From an uncultured archaeon (GTDB taxonomy: Archaea; Micrarchaeota; Micrarchaeia; Anstonellales; Bilamarchaeaceae), in assembly GCA_963734525.1 (NCBI GenBank), contig CAVTHI010000006.1, positions 49,740 to 113,739 on the forward strand: DNA of 64,000 bases, written 5' to 3'. Each line of letters opens with the position of its first letter. Position 1 is the first letter of the stretch. Made by a program: the position numbers and the translations under genes. The notes beneath the pieces were generated by a model. The model was not told the DNA's origin. It ran no database searches and saw nothing but the letters and a program-made list of their open reading frames with translations. Below are positions 1-10,801 of the stretch, piece after piece.

Positions 1-864
1 GATAGCGAGGATTCCCATGATGATAGAAACTTGCTTCCAGCCGGGCCGGACTGATGCGGAGAGCTTCGAGCCTATTATGACGCACAGGCTGACCAAGGCG
101 AAGAAGAAGCCCATCATATCCGGACCCCAGCCGGCCATCGAATTGAGGGTTATCTGCCAGTAGAGGAAGAGGCCGAACGTGCCGAGGCCGAGAAGGAGGG
201 TGATAATGTATATGATGCCGATGGAAGGGTTCCTTGCGGATTCCTTGAGCGATAGTGCCATTTTTTTGAGGATGCTGCGCTCGGCGCGGTCCAGGCTGGT
301 TTTAGGGGCGTCATCCTCCAGGCTGAACCATGAGAAGAGCAATCCTGCGAGGGCGAATGGAAAACACAGGACCATCGGAAGGTCTATTGATATGCTGCCT
401 GCAACGCCTCCGACAAGGGAACCGACCAGGAAGAGGGCGAACTTGTAGGTCCTTCCTGAAGAGAGCAGGCGGTGGGTGTAGTCCATCCGTTCCCGCTCTT
501 TGAGCATGTCGACCGAGTAGGCTTCGGCGGCGCCGGACATCATCGAATCGGCGGCCGCTACGACCAATGCGAAGATGGTGAACAGAACCCCGCCAGGCAG
601 GAGGACGAACGCCGGGATGAAGAAGATTTGGAGGAGGAAGCCGAGCGCTATCGCGTTCCTTCTCCCGTATGCGTCTGCGAACGCGCCGGACGGCACTTCA
701 AGCACCAGCGCGCAGAACGAGTAGACGGCGAAATACAGGGCTATCGCTGACGAATCCATCCCCTTCGCCATCAGGATGAACGGGAACAGCCCGGCCGTGA
801 AGGCGAAGGTTCCGGCATATAGCAACGACAGTGTTTGGTATGTCCGAATGGCTTTTTTTGGCAT
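1..864 (-). CDS. MFS transporter (3' end outside window)
   Basis: Hand translation from ATG 864: MPKKAIRTYQTLSLLYAGTFAF...LEVPSGAFADAYGRRNAIALG (MFS motif A); multiple TM helices; frame is open to base 1. Confidence 0.85.
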   Translation of the reverse strand, partial: MPKKAIRTYQTLSLLYAGTFAFTAGLFPFILMAKGMDSSAIALYFAVYSFCALVLEVPSGAFADAYGRRNAIALGFLLQIFFIPAFVLLPGGVLFTIFALVVAAADSMMSGAAEAYSVDMLKERERMDYTHRLLSSGRTYKFALFLVGSLVGGVAGSISIDLPMVLCFPFALAGLLFSWFSLEDDAPKTSLDRAERSILKKMALSLKESARNPSIGIIYIITLLLGLGTFGLFLYWQITLNSMAGWGPDMMGFFFALVSLCVIIGSKLSASVRPGWKQVSIIMGILAI

Positions 865-929
865 TGAAACCGGACACGATATCGCGCTTGGAAAGATTAA
901 ATACGGGTGTAACGGCTGCGGCAGATCGT

Positions 930-1470
930 CTAATCGGCCCCGTCTTTCTGGACTTGGCCGGCTTCCTTGCGCATGACCTGTGCCTGTTTCATAAGAAACG
1001 CCAGGCAGTCGCCCATCTTCCCGGGCTTTTTGTTCCATTCCTTCACGATTCGCTTATACGCCTCGAGCTCTTCCTTCATCGCCGATGCGCTTATGTCCGC
1101 GCCTTTCAGCCGGAAGGCAAGCTGAGGGAGGAGGGGGCAGAAACGGGCGTTGAGCTTGCCGTCGAGCTGGAAGGGGTAGCGCTGGCACGAGAGCGGGGCG
1201 GATGCATGGATTGTGCAGCGGTTCTTCTCCAGAAAGACGCACGGGTGCGACTTGAACCCGAGCAGGTAAACCCACGTGTCGTCCTCCATGTCCAGCGTCG
1301 TGTCCGGGTCGAATGCGAGGAGGCGCGCCTGGTGGAGCATGGCGAAATCCCCTGGCCTTGCGCCCGGTCTGCTCCATGACGCGAAGGACGTCGAACGCCG
1401 TGGCTGTAATTATGTAGCTTTTGCAGCAATTCGCGTCGCAGAGCGAGCAGGGGTTGATGCGTGATGCCAC
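930..1470 (-). CDS. YkgJ-family (CxxCxxxCC) cysteine-cluster protein, frameshifted near 1345
   Basis: NPCSLCDANCC in one frame continues as PCVFLEKNRCTIHASAPLSCQRYPF in another. Confidence 0.75.
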
Positions 1471-1574
1471 AGGTGGATATCCGCGTCCGGTTTTTAACTG
1501 TCTGCCGGGCCGGACTACTGGACGGGCGTGCCGGTCAGCCGGCTCCGCCCGCATCCATCCCGTGCGCCCTTGCA

Positions 1575-2174
1575 TCAGACTGAGGGGTGCCCGTCTTCCT
1601 TGTCCGCTTTCCCGCCGGCATGGCCGTTGCCCTGCCTGAGGAGTGATGCGACCCTGGACAGCAGTTTCGTGTGCGCCTTGTCCTCGCAGAGCGAGGCCGC
1701 ATCATCGAACGCGGTGGCAAGGATTGCCTTCAGGACGGGGTCTGGATACTTCCTGGCGAGGTCATAGAAAACATGATTGGGCGTCTGGCCGCCGTTCCCG
1801 GACGCGAAGCCGAGTGCGACGCCTTCAGCCTCGTATGTGAAGCTCAGCAGCGAAATGGCCTTCGGTTCGATCGGACAGCCGTTTGCGCGCCTCTGTATTT
1901 CCGTCGCGACCTTGTGCTTCAGCGAAGCGCCTGCGCCTGCGAGCGATTCGGCGAACTCCACCTGCTCTTCCGGCCTCCAGTTGAGGAACGAATTCACCGC
2001 TTCGGAAACCGGGGCGGTCTTCGATACGACCCTCTGCGCGACGCCTGCGGGGCTGGTTGCTGAAACCGAGCCGTGCTCAGCCTGAAGGGCCAGTGCGAGG
2101 GTGCTCCACCTGTCCGGCCGCTCGCCTCTCGATGAGGACGGGCCGGGTCTGATGCTTTGGTGTTGTTTTGCCAT
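1575..2174 (-). CDS. hypothetical protein (199 aa)
   Basis: ATG-started ORF filling the gap between genes; low-complexity N-terminus. Confidence 0.55.
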   Translation of the reverse strand: MAKQHQSIRPGPSSSRGERPDRWSTLALALQAEHGSVSATSPAGVAQRVVSKTAPVSEAVNSFLNWRPEEQVEFAESLAGAGASLKHKVATEIQRRANGCPIEPKAISLLSFTYEAEGVALGFASGNGGQTPNHVFYDLARKYPDPVLKAILATAFDDAASLCEDKAHTKLLSRVASLLRQGNGHAGGKADKEDGHPSV

Positions 2175-2275
2175 AGGTACACCTTGGATATCGGATTTCG
2201 ATTATCGTTATGCGGATTTTGCCATCAATCATTCTGCTGTTTTTCCTATTTTTTTCGCCGGGGGTGTGTGTTCGT

Positions 2276-2659
2276 TCAGGCTATCCTTTTCAGGTCCTCG
2301 TGAAGCGGGGGCATCTTGCGGACGCCGAGCCTGATTTCGCGAAGGTTCGCAAGCGCGTCTGAAAGCTCCTCCACGGCAGGCTCTTTCCTGCTCCCCTTGA
2401 GCATGGCGCGCACGGCGTCCCGGAGGCCTTCCTCGTCCATCTTGGGCCTTCCGTCCCGGAGGCGCCGGTCGTTGATAATCCGGAGCACGTCCGTCACCAT
2501 CTGCTTCGAGCCGCCCCATGGGACCCCTTCGTCTATCTCATGGCCTTTCGCCATGTGGATGAGGGCCGCCTTCTCTGATGTGAGGAGGCCGTGACCTTCC
2601 AGGCGCACATGCATTGCCGCGGTGATGCGGACGAAATCCTTTGGCCGGTAAGCAATCAT
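2276..2659 (-). CDS. hypothetical protein (127 aa)
   Basis: ATGA overlap with the glycosyltransferase stop codon. Confidence 0.6.
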   Translation of the reverse strand: MIAYRPKDFVRITAAMHVRLEGHGLLTSEKAALIHMAKGHEIDEGVPWGGSKQMVTDVLRIINDRRLRDGRPKMDEEGLRDAVRAMLKGSRKEPAVEELSDALANLREIRLGVRKMPPLHEDLKRIA

Positions 2660-4104
2660 CGTTCCATCCCCCTCCGGATAGCCTTTTCGAACTGCTCGAA
2701 CATGGACCTGTCGGTATACGACTCGAAATAGCCTTCGAGGCCCGCGCGGTCGTGCTCGCTTGGCTTATTTGAACCACAAATAGCCATAATTAACTGTTTT
2801 ACGAACGTGTTTTTATCGCTATCTATTGGAACCAGCGTGCCGAGGCGCGGGTCCACGACGATTTCCGGGATGCCCCCGACCGGCGTCGAAACGACGTAGG
2901 CGCCGCTGAAGACGGCTTCAAGAATCGCAAGCCCGAACGCCTCGCTCCGGGAAGGGTGGAGGTAGACGTCGGATATCGACTGGACGGGCACGTTGGTGGT
3001 GCCTCCGTACATCCGGGCGAAAAGCGGGTTCGCCAGCGCCTGCTGAAGGCCGTGCCTCAGCGCGTAGTCGAAAAGCATGAACTCGACGTTTTCCCGAAAG
3101 CGCGGGTCGCCGCGCGTGTATTTCGATATGTCGATTGCGACTTTCAGGCGGTCCTCGCGGATGAGCCTCTGCATCCTCAGCAGGCCCTTGAAAGGCTTGG
3201 ACGCCTGGTCGACGTTGAGCAGGTGCGATGTCCCAATCACGAACCCGGTGTTCGCGAGCGCGGGGTCCGTGCTCTCCTCGTAGTGCTCGAGCACCTTGAC
3301 TAGGTAATCGCTGCCCTTGAGGCGGTCCATCCTGCCCACGAACGAGACTATCTTGTCCAGCCCTTCGGCCAGCCCCAGATCGAGCCGGGCTTCCCGGACT
3401 TCGCGCTCGTCCTTGGTGACATAGATGTGTGGGTTGATGCCGTTCCGGACCACCGACGCCTTTTCCGGGTCAAGCCCCAGCTCATCGCCGCCGTCTTGCA
3501 CGCGGAGCTTCACGAAATTGTCGCGGACGGCCTGGCTGACGCCGATGATTCCGTCGGATGCCCTGACCATCGCCGCATGATAGACCGAGAAAAGCGGGTC
3601 GGACGGCCTGTGATAATGGCTGTCCGCATTCGTGTGGAGGTAGAAGTGTATGGACGCATGGTCGAGCAGGCCGGCCATCTCGAGCGACCTGCGGAGCGCG
3701 TAAGCGTACTGCGTGTCCGGGCTCACCGGGAAATGGAAGACGAGGGCGCTGTGGTATCCTTCTTCGGCCATGCCCCTGACAATCCCGGTCATCTCGTCAA
3801 GCGTATCCTTCGAGTATCCGACCCGGACATCGGTGTTGAACCTGGCCTTCGCCAGCTCGCGGGCCTTTTCCCCCATGAGGGGCTCGGCCATGGCATCCTT
3901 CCCGGTGAAGTCGGCAAGCGGTTTCTTCAGGTCGCGCAGCATGACGATGTTGCGCCTTCCATCGTGGTATCTCGATGCCGCCGTGAGGTCGCCCATCACG
4001 AAGGTCTGCCCGAAGAATATCGGGTTGATGGGAAACGGGAAGCGGCTCCCGAAGTGGAGGTATGCCATCTTCTGGGGTGCATGGGATTGGGAGGCGCCTT
4101 GCAT
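2656..4104 (-). CDS. GT4-family (GT-B) glycosyltransferase
   Basis: VRNGI, FVGRMDRLKG, PSRSEAFGLAILEA, VGGIPEIV motifs; start taken at ATG 4104 downstream of an AT-rich promoter. Confidence 0.85.
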   Translation of the reverse strand: MQGASQSHAPQKMAYLHFGSRFPFPINPIFFGQTFVMGDLTAASRYHDGRRNIVMLRDLKKPLADFTGKDAMAEPLMGEKARELAKARFNTDVRVGYSKDTLDEMTGIVRGMAEEGYHSALVFHFPVSPDTQYAYALRRSLEMAGLLDHASIHFYLHTNADSHYHRPSDPLFSVYHAAMVRASDGIIGVSQAVRDNFVKLRVQDGGDELGLDPEKASVVRNGINPHIYVTKDEREVREARLDLGLAEGLDKIVSFVGRMDRLKGSDYLVKVLEHYEESTDPALANTGFVIGTSHLLNVDQASKPFKGLLRMQRLIREDRLKVAIDISKYTRGDPRFRENVEFMLFDYALRHGLQQALANPLFARMYGGTTNVPVQSISDVYLHPSRSEAFGLAILEAVFSGAYVVSTPVGGIPEIVVDPRLGTLVPIDSDKNTFVKQLIMAICGSNKPSEHDRAGLEGYFESYTDRSMFEQFEKAIRRGMER

Positions 4105-4275
4105 AGTGATAGTATTACGCATCGAAGGTTTATATATCTTACACATTTATACATAATTAGCGAAATTTAGCCTATAGGCGTGAAAAACGAAACAGCAGGG
4201 CGCAAAATGTGATAAAAACACAATAAATAAAGCAAAAAGGCGGGAACTGGAGGTTAAAGTTGTGGGTATTCGGGC

Positions 4276-6076
4276 TTAAATGAAGTCCTTGCCCTGCTCC
4301 TTCTTCCCTTCCTTGATGACCGCCGCGACGTCCTGGGCGTCCACCTGGAGGCGGTATTTCTGCATTATCGCCTTCATGTCGAAATCCATCTCCATCGCGA
4401 TGGCCTCCAAATCCTTTCCGGAGATTTTCTGCAGCCGGTAGACCTTGAGCACCGCGTCCACGCGGGCCCCCTTGGCCATCCCCTTGAGGACCTCCGGGAT
4501 TGCGGCCTTGACGAACGTGCCTTTCTGGAATTCGCTGAACAGCTCGGCCAGCGCCTTTTCCAGGTCGCTGAACTCGAAGCCTTCCCTCCGGAGCGAGACG
4601 ACCGTGTCTTCCAGCGTCGTCGCCGCGAGCATCGGGTCGGTCCCTGCTTCGACCAGCTTTTCGAAAAGGTGGAGATGCCTCGATTTGAGCATGCGCCCGG
4701 CCATCTCCTTGTTAAGCAGCTTTTCCAGCCGGGACTTCTTGTCTTCGAGCGATTCGGCCCGCTCCACGGACGCGATGAGCTCGCCCGTAATCAGGATCGG
4801 GGGCACGTCGGTCTCGGGATACAGCCTGGCCCGCCCGGGAAGCGGCCGCATGAACGTCGACGTCCCGTCCGGGTTCGCCCTCCGCGTCTCGCCCGGGACG
4901 TAATCCATGTTAGCGCGCTCGAGGACGAAGCCCATCGCCTTCTTCGCCTGCTCGAGAGGCGCCACTATCAGGACGAACGAGTCGTTTTCCCACGCCCCGA
5001 GGGCGTCGCGCACGGCCCGCTCCTCCGCTTCAGAAATGCCGTACTTGGCAAGGTCCTCGTCGCTGTGGATTATCCCCTTCACGCCGGCCTTTTTCGCATA
5101 GTCGCTCAGCTCGGTGCCGTAGCGCCGGCCGGGCTGGATTTCCATCCCGAGGATGCCCTCGTGCTCAGGGAGCTTCTGGCCCAGGACGGCCGAGCCGTTC
5201 TTGATTCCCCCGGATATCAGGCCGGGTTTGGCTGAGCGGAAAACGTCGCTGAACTCCACCATGTGCTCCTTCACCGGGAGCGCCTTGCGCTCGCGCAGCT
5301 CGTTCAAAAGCTTCAGGAGGAGCAGCTGGCGCGAGACCTCGTTCTCGACGTACTGAGGAAGCATCTTCAGGTCCTGCGCGCCTTTCAGCTCGACGCGCGC
5401 CCCGCCTTCGGTGGAGATGTTGACGTCCTGCCGGATGGTGCCGAGGCCACGTGCGACCTTTCCGGTCGCCCTCAGCATGAGCCCGATTTTCTCGGCGACT
5501 TCCGTGAGGTGCGCCCCGTCCTTGATGTCGGGCGTCGTGGATATCTCGATAAGCGGGTATTCCGAGGCGGTCGAGGCTGTATGTCGCCTTGCCTTCGGAG
5601 GAGGACACGATGCCCGCGCTCTCCTCCTCTATCGCAATCATCGGGATTCCTATCGAGCCCTTCGAGCTGTCCAGGTGCCCGTTCACCGCGACGATGGCCG
5701 TCCGCTGGAAGCCCGACGTGTTGCTGCCGTCTATGACCGTCTTCCTCATTATGTGCACTTCGCTGACCGGCGTGGCGTTCAGCTCCATGGCCATCTGCAG
5801 CCCTATCTTCAGCGCCTCCGGGCTCAGCAGCCCCGGGGGCTCCTCGTCCGTCTCGACCAGGCAGTTGTTCCTGAACGTGTGGTATTCGAAAGAGCGGTCC
5901 TTCGCGAATTCGGCCTGGGACGCCTCGTCTGTCTCCCCGAGCTCGCTCATGACCGGGTGCAGCCTGCGCGTAATCACCGATTCGGGCTTCGCGTCCCCGT
6001 CCGGAAGGGCGGACGGGCAGTTGCAGAAAAGCTTGGTCGTGTCAAGGCGCTGGTGTATTTCTATGCCGATTTTCAT
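4276..6076 (-). CDS. gatE: Glu-tRNA(Gln) amidotransferase subunit E, frameshifted near 5555
   Basis: MKIGIEIHQRL..KLFC, IDGSNTSGFQRT, LDRLGIP, then RGLGTIRQDVNIS and RPLPGRARLYPETD in a second frame; TGATG overlap with gatD. Confidence 0.93.
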
Positions 6077-7392
6077 CAGTATCCCTCTATAGCGGAGCGC
6101 TCGGTTATCTCCCCGGCGATATTTTCCATCATCAGCCTCGCGACCTCGTTCCTGTCCTTCGTCTGGCCGAGCGCCCAGCACATCTTCGCGTACGCCGCTT
6201 CGGGCGTCCAGTCCGCACCGTCGCCGATGACGCCGGCGTCCATGAGCAGCCTCCCGGTGGAATAGACGCGCATGCAAATCCTCCCGGATATGCACTGGCT
6301 GGACATGGCCATCGGAATCCCGGACGATATCAGCTCGCGGATGGGCTTGATTATGCCCTTAACGCTCTTGTCATCGAACGCGTTCGTCGGCGTGTGGCCG
6401 AGGCCGGTTCCGACGAGCACGATGCCGTCGTAATCGTCGAGCTTCGATATCAGCGACGGCTTGATGTTGGGGTGGACGTAAATCAGGGCGACGTTGTCGT
6501 TCATCTCCTTTTTCGCGACGAGGCCCCCCTTGTGGCGCGGCATCCAGTCTGAAAGGCGCTCGAAGCGCCTCGCCCGGTAGTCCACGGCCGCAAGCGGGCG
6601 CGCGTTTATCGAATGGAATGCGTCCCGCCGCGAACTGTGCATCTTCCTCACCCTCGTTCCCCGGTGCAGGTGGCAGAAATCGTCGTTCGTGGTCGCGTGC
6701 ATGCACACGCCGACCTCGCCGAGGTCCTGCGTGGCCGAGAAGACCGCATTCAGCATGTTCATCTCGTTCTCGCTGGACGGCCGGTCCGAGCTCCTCTGCG
6801 AGCCGACGAGCACGACCGGGACGGGCAGGTTCTGGAGCATGTAGCTGATAGCAGAGGAGGTGTAGTTCATGGTGTCGGTGCCGTGCATCACCACCACGCC
6901 CTCGCTCCCGTCCTTTATCTCGTCCTCGATGGCGTCTGCGAGCAGCCTCCAGTGCGTGGCGTTCATGTCCTCGGAGAACAGCGAGAATATCTGCCGCGAA
7001 TGGATGTCCCATTTCTGGAGCGCGGGGAACGCCATGCGCAGCTCGCGCGGGGTGATTGACGGGTATACCGCGCCGGTCTTGTATTCTATCTTCGACGCTA
7101 TCGTTCCGCCGCAGCCGAGAATGGCGATTCCGCCCCGGGCGCGCGTCTCGTCCTCCTTGTCCTGGGGCGGCGCGGGTTTGGGCGGGGCTTTCCTGACAAG
7201 CTCCAGCGTGTCGGCCCTGAGGCCGGTGTTGTAGCCGCTGTCGAGCTTGAGGACCACTATGTCCATGTCCCCCGAGAGCGGGCGCGGCATGAGAAGGCCC
7301 TCGAATTCCACACCGGAGCAAACGAGCTTGACCCGGTCGCCGATATCGATGCCCGTCTTCCTGAATTCGTCCAGCAATCGCTTTGAGTACAT
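6076..7392 (-). CDS. gatD: Glu-tRNA(Gln) amidotransferase subunit D
   Basis: KLDSGYNTG N-domain, GGTIAS, HGTDTM, GSQRSSDRPSS asparaginase motifs. Confidence 0.96.
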   Translation of the reverse strand: MYSKRLLDEFRKTGIDIGDRVKLVCSGVEFEGLLMPRPLSGDMDIVVLKLDSGYNTGLRADTLELVRKAPPKPAPPQDKEDETRARGGIAILGCGGTIASKIEYKTGAVYPSITPRELRMAFPALQKWDIHSRQIFSLFSEDMNATHWRLLADAIEDEIKDGSEGVVVMHGTDTMNYTSSAISYMLQNLPVPVVLVGSQRSSDRPSSENEMNMLNAVFSATQDLGEVGVCMHATTNDDFCHLHRGTRVRKMHSSRRDAFHSINARPLAAVDYRARRFERLSDWMPRHKGGLVAKKEMNDNVALIYVHPNIKPSLISKLDDYDGIVLVGTGLGHTPTNAFDDKSVKGIIKPIRELISSGIPMAMSSQCISGRICMRVYSTGRLLMDAGVIGDGADWTPEAAYAKMCWALGQTKDRNEVARLMMENIAGEITERSAIEGY

Positions 7393-7602
7393 TTTCCTCC
7401 CGCAGGGTTATTCGGTGGGAGTGATTTTAAATCAGCGCGGCGTCCGCGTGCCCGAATAGCGCCATAGTCCTGGTTCCCAGGTTTGGGCGATGAGCAAGCC
7501 CGGGGGCTGGGGGAGGCTGGATTCGCGCGCGGCGAGGCGGAGGGTGGGGGTGAAGGCGGGGCCGGATATCCAATCATGCCGGTATGGCTGATAGGCCCGC
7601 CA

Positions 7603-10600
7603 TCATTCCGCTATCTTGTATATCTTGACCGCTCCGCCGGGCGACTCGTAGACGAGATTGAAGCCGGGGACCTCGCCCAGGAATACCGCCTGGTAGAGCG
7701 CCGAGTCGTAGAACTTGCCCTTCCGGTCCTCGTATCCGCTCTTCACCATGCCGTTTTCGAGCCATACCGCGTCCTTCGTATAGAAGAGCGTCAGCCCGGT
7801 GGCGGCCCCGAAATGCGTGCTTGTCGGAAGCTCGGATGGCAGCTGGAGAATCGCCTTGTTGAGCTTCAGGTCGCCGTTCGGGTAGGTCTCGTTCAGGTAA
7901 TAGGTCGCATACGTCCCCTGCCCGTTCACGAGCGTCGCGTTCCCGACGCAGTATGCGGGGATTGCGTGTATGTAGTCGCGGCAGTAGGCTATGGCCTGCG
8001 GGTCGGACGGGGCCATGCAGAAGCTCGGGTAATACGGGAGATAGGCCTGGCCGGCGTACATCTTGTATGCCGTGAAGCCGGTCTTACCGGTGAGCGTGGA
8101 GATTGTGCAGGGGTTGCCGGTCACGAATACGGTCTCCCAGAGGTGCTCGGCCTCGCATTCGGATTCGCCTGGCGAGCTTGCCACGGACGTGAGGTTGTCC
8201 CTCGCGCAGGAGAGGTAGTTGAGCGCGCCGTACTTGCCGCCGAGCGAGCCCCCGCTGGATATGAGCTCTATGTCGAACAGCGCGTACTTGCTGTCGTGCT
8301 CCTTCATCCAGGCCCTGAGCTCGTCGGGCGTGGCGTCCAGGTAGCCGTGCGCGACGTCGCCTATCATCTTCTGCGATGCGTGCTCGTTCCTGACCACCGC
8401 GTTCCGCTCGCCGAAGTAGTTTATCCAGTGACCGTAGTCCCACCACGAGGTCACCCTCGCGCCGGGCTCGGTGCTGTTCATAATCCACTCCATCGAGTCG
8501 ATCCAGTATTCGGAAAGCCTCTGGCAGCGGAACGACGCGGCCGTGGCCTCATACGTGGGGATGAGATAGTCGTTGGCCGGGTTCCCGTCATACATGTACG
8601 AGAGGGAGGTGTAGTTCGAGTAAAGGGAAAGCATGCACAGCTTGGTGCTGTACTGGCTGTTGGTCCCCAGCGAGGCGTATCCTTTGGGGTCGGCCGCGGC
8701 GGCGCAGACCTCGCTGTCGTTGGTCGCCGCGCATATCTGCTGGAACTTGGGCGCAAGCGCTGCCGGGTCGTTCTGGTAGAGCGTCTGCGCCGAGCCCCAT
8801 ATCAGTGACGGCGCGAACCCCTGGTGCACGAACTGCAGCGTTATGAGGATTGCCGCAAGCACGATGGGCAGCGTGTACACGAGTTTCCCGATTTCAGGCT
8901 GCTTGAACGCCTTTCCGAGGTATTCTATCAGGCTCCCCATCTGGCCGAGCGTGAATCCGATTGCGACCGCCAAAAGCACGCCCGAGTAAATCGTGTATTT
9001 GGCCTTTATGAGGCCCACGACCAGGGCAGGCAGGATGATTGCGAGGAAGAACAGGAAGAGTCCCTCGTCCTCCTTCTTCACGAACTTGAACGCCGACCAT
9101 GAGGCGGCCACGAAGAACAGGAAAATCCACAGCTGCATGAAGCTGACCGCCTTGTCCCCGAACGAGACGTCGGTGCCGAGCAGCAGGTTCGTCAGCCCCA
9201 CGAACACCGAGAGCACCATGTTGACTATCAGGGTGAACGGGGCGAGCATGACCGACATGACGAAGTTGATGAGGTTCGATATCGAATCTATGGACTGCGG
9301 GAAGTAATAGTCGGACGCTATGAAGCCCATCTGGCTGCCGAAAGACGAGGGCGCCTCGCCCTGCTCGGCTATCGTCCGGTCCAATGGCGCGTTATACTTG
9401 GCTATCTCGAAGCCAGCCTTGGCGAGCGACTTCACCGAGTCCCCAAGCGGCGTCGCCACGAAGATTGCGAGGCCGAGGATGACGATGGCAGCGAGTATGG
9501 CCGCGCCGGTCGTCCTGTCCGGGACGGATTTCTTTATCGCATAGAGCGCGGCGACGAATGCGAGCGGGAGTGCGAATGCGATTGCGATGCTCAGCGACAC
9601 CGTCCCCGAGCTGAAGAGCGTCTTGATTATGCTGCTGGCAATGAGCGGCCCTATCACGAAGATGATTGAATTGGACAAAAGCATATGCCGGAGGCCGTCC
9701 GTGTCCTTGTCCCGCAGGAAGTAAAGGACGCCTTGCGCGCTGATGAAGACTATGAGGGAGACGACTGCGAGTATCTGCGACGAGCTTCCGAGCGCGAGCG
9801 CGGCGAATGCGAGGCCTGCGAGCACCGGATAAACGATGTCCTTGCCCATCGACAGGTCCTTGGCCGTGGGCATGCGGATGTCCTTCCGTATCAACGAGAG
9901 GACGTACATCGAGTAGAAGAAGAACAGGGCGAAAAACGCGTAAGGCTGGACCTCCTGCTCGCCGGCCGCGAGCTTGAAGATGAATACCGGCACGAACGAG
10001 GCGATGCCCGCCGCGGCGAGCCCCCATTCCCTCTTGGACGCGACCGTCACGAGGAGATAGATGAAGAATACCGCGAGGACCGCGGCAATCGGCGGGTACA
10101 TCGATGCCACGAGGGCGAGCAGCATGTTGTCGTAGGCCGCGCCGCCGGAGTAGAGCGCATACCATTCGGCCTCAAGGTAGCCGATGGCCGGTATCGAGCG
10201 GTGGTTGACCTCCACTTCGGGATACCACGAGGTGGCATCCGACATGGGGTTCTCGCCCACGCTGATGAGCTGGGTGGCCGAGTAGGTGTAGTAGTAGGGG
10301 TCGAGCTCCTGGAAAATCGGGCTGTAAGAGCTGATGCGGACGAGGTACGTCAGCAGGAGGATGAGGACGAGGAGCGCCGGGAAGACGGCATCCTTGTATG
10401 CGTCGACCTTCATCTCCTTCGGGAGCATCCCCTCGTATGCCTTGTTCTTGACGAAGAATATGAGCGCCAGCAGGTACATGAGGCCGAGCGACAGCAGGCT
10501 TATCTCGTATGTGAACTTCACGCCTGCGAGGAAATACATCAGGAACGGGATGAGGGGAAGCAGGACGAAGGCCATGGCGAAGCCTATCAGGAGCTTCTCG

Positions 10601-10716
10601 GCCAGGTTCAGGTATTGGTCCTTCTTGAAAATCGAATACGACAGAATCGAGCCGGGTATCACCCCGGATATCAATACCCATGCCAGGAACAAAACTGGAT
10701 TGAATTCAACAAACAC
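7603..10716 (-). CDS. aglB: oligosaccharyltransferase AglB (STT3 family)
   Basis: ELDPYYY, TIAE, SWWDYGHW motifs; polytopic membrane N-half and extracellular C-domain. Confidence 0.92.
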   Translation of the reverse strand: MFVEFNPVLFLAWVLISGVIPGSILSYSIFKKDQYLNLAEKLLIGFAMAFVLLPLIPFLMYFLAGVKFTYEISLLSLGLMYLLALIFFVKNKAYEGMLPKEMKVDAYKDAVFPALLVLILLLTYLVRISSYSPIFQELDPYYYTYSATQLISVGENPMSDATSWYPEVEVNHRSIPAIGYLEAEWYALYSGGAAYDNMLLALVASMYPPIAAVLAVFFIYLLVTVASKREWGLAAAGIASFVPVFIFKLAAGEQEVQPYAFFALFFFYSMYVLSLIRKDIRMPTAKDLSMGKDIVYPVLAGLAFAALALGSSSQILAVVSLIVFISAQGVLYFLRDKDTDGLRHMLLSNSIIFVIGPLIASSIIKTLFSSGTVSLSIAIAFALPLAFVAALYAIKKSVPDRTTGAAILAAIVILGLAIFVATPLGDSVKSLAKAGFEIAKYNAPLDRTIAEQGEAPSSFGSQMGFIASDYYFPQSIDSISNLINFVMSVMLAPFTLIVNMVLSVFVGLTNLLLGTDVSFGDKAVSFMQLWIFLFFVAASWSAFKFVKKEDEGLFLFFLAIILPALVVGLIKAKYTIYSGVLLAVAIGFTLGQMGSLIEYLGKAFKQPEIGKLVYTLPIVLAAILITLQFVHQGFAPSLIWGSAQTLYQNDPAALAPKFQQICAATNDSEVCAAAADPKGYASLGTNSQYSTKLCMLSLYSNYTSLSYMYDGNPANDYLIPTYEATAASFRCQRLSEYWIDSMEWIMNSTEPGARVTSWWDYGHWINYFGERNAVVRNEHASQKMIGDVAHGYLDATPDELRAWMKEHDSKYALFDIELISSGGSLGGKYGALNYLSCARDNLTSVASSPGESECEAEHLWETVFVTGNPCTISTLTGKTGFTAYKMYAGQAYLPYYPSFCMAPSDPQAIAYCRDYIHAIPAYCVGNATLVNGQGTYATYYLNETYPNGDLKLNKAILQLPSELPTSTHFGAATGLTLFYTKDAVWLENGMVKSGYEDRKGKFYDSALYQAVFLGEVPGFNLVYESPGGAVKIYKIAE

Positions 10717-10801
10717 GTCTTCACCTTAACCGTTTCCTAATCTGCTTCCTGATGCGTTACCGGATGGGTCAATGCAATCTCCCAATGCCAGCCTTGAGCG
10801 T

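Noticed and set aside
7400-7600. G-rich intergenic stretch between aglB and gatD (small ORF or G-quadruplex)
   Set aside because: No recognisable protein or RNA motif; G-runs are expected at this GC content.
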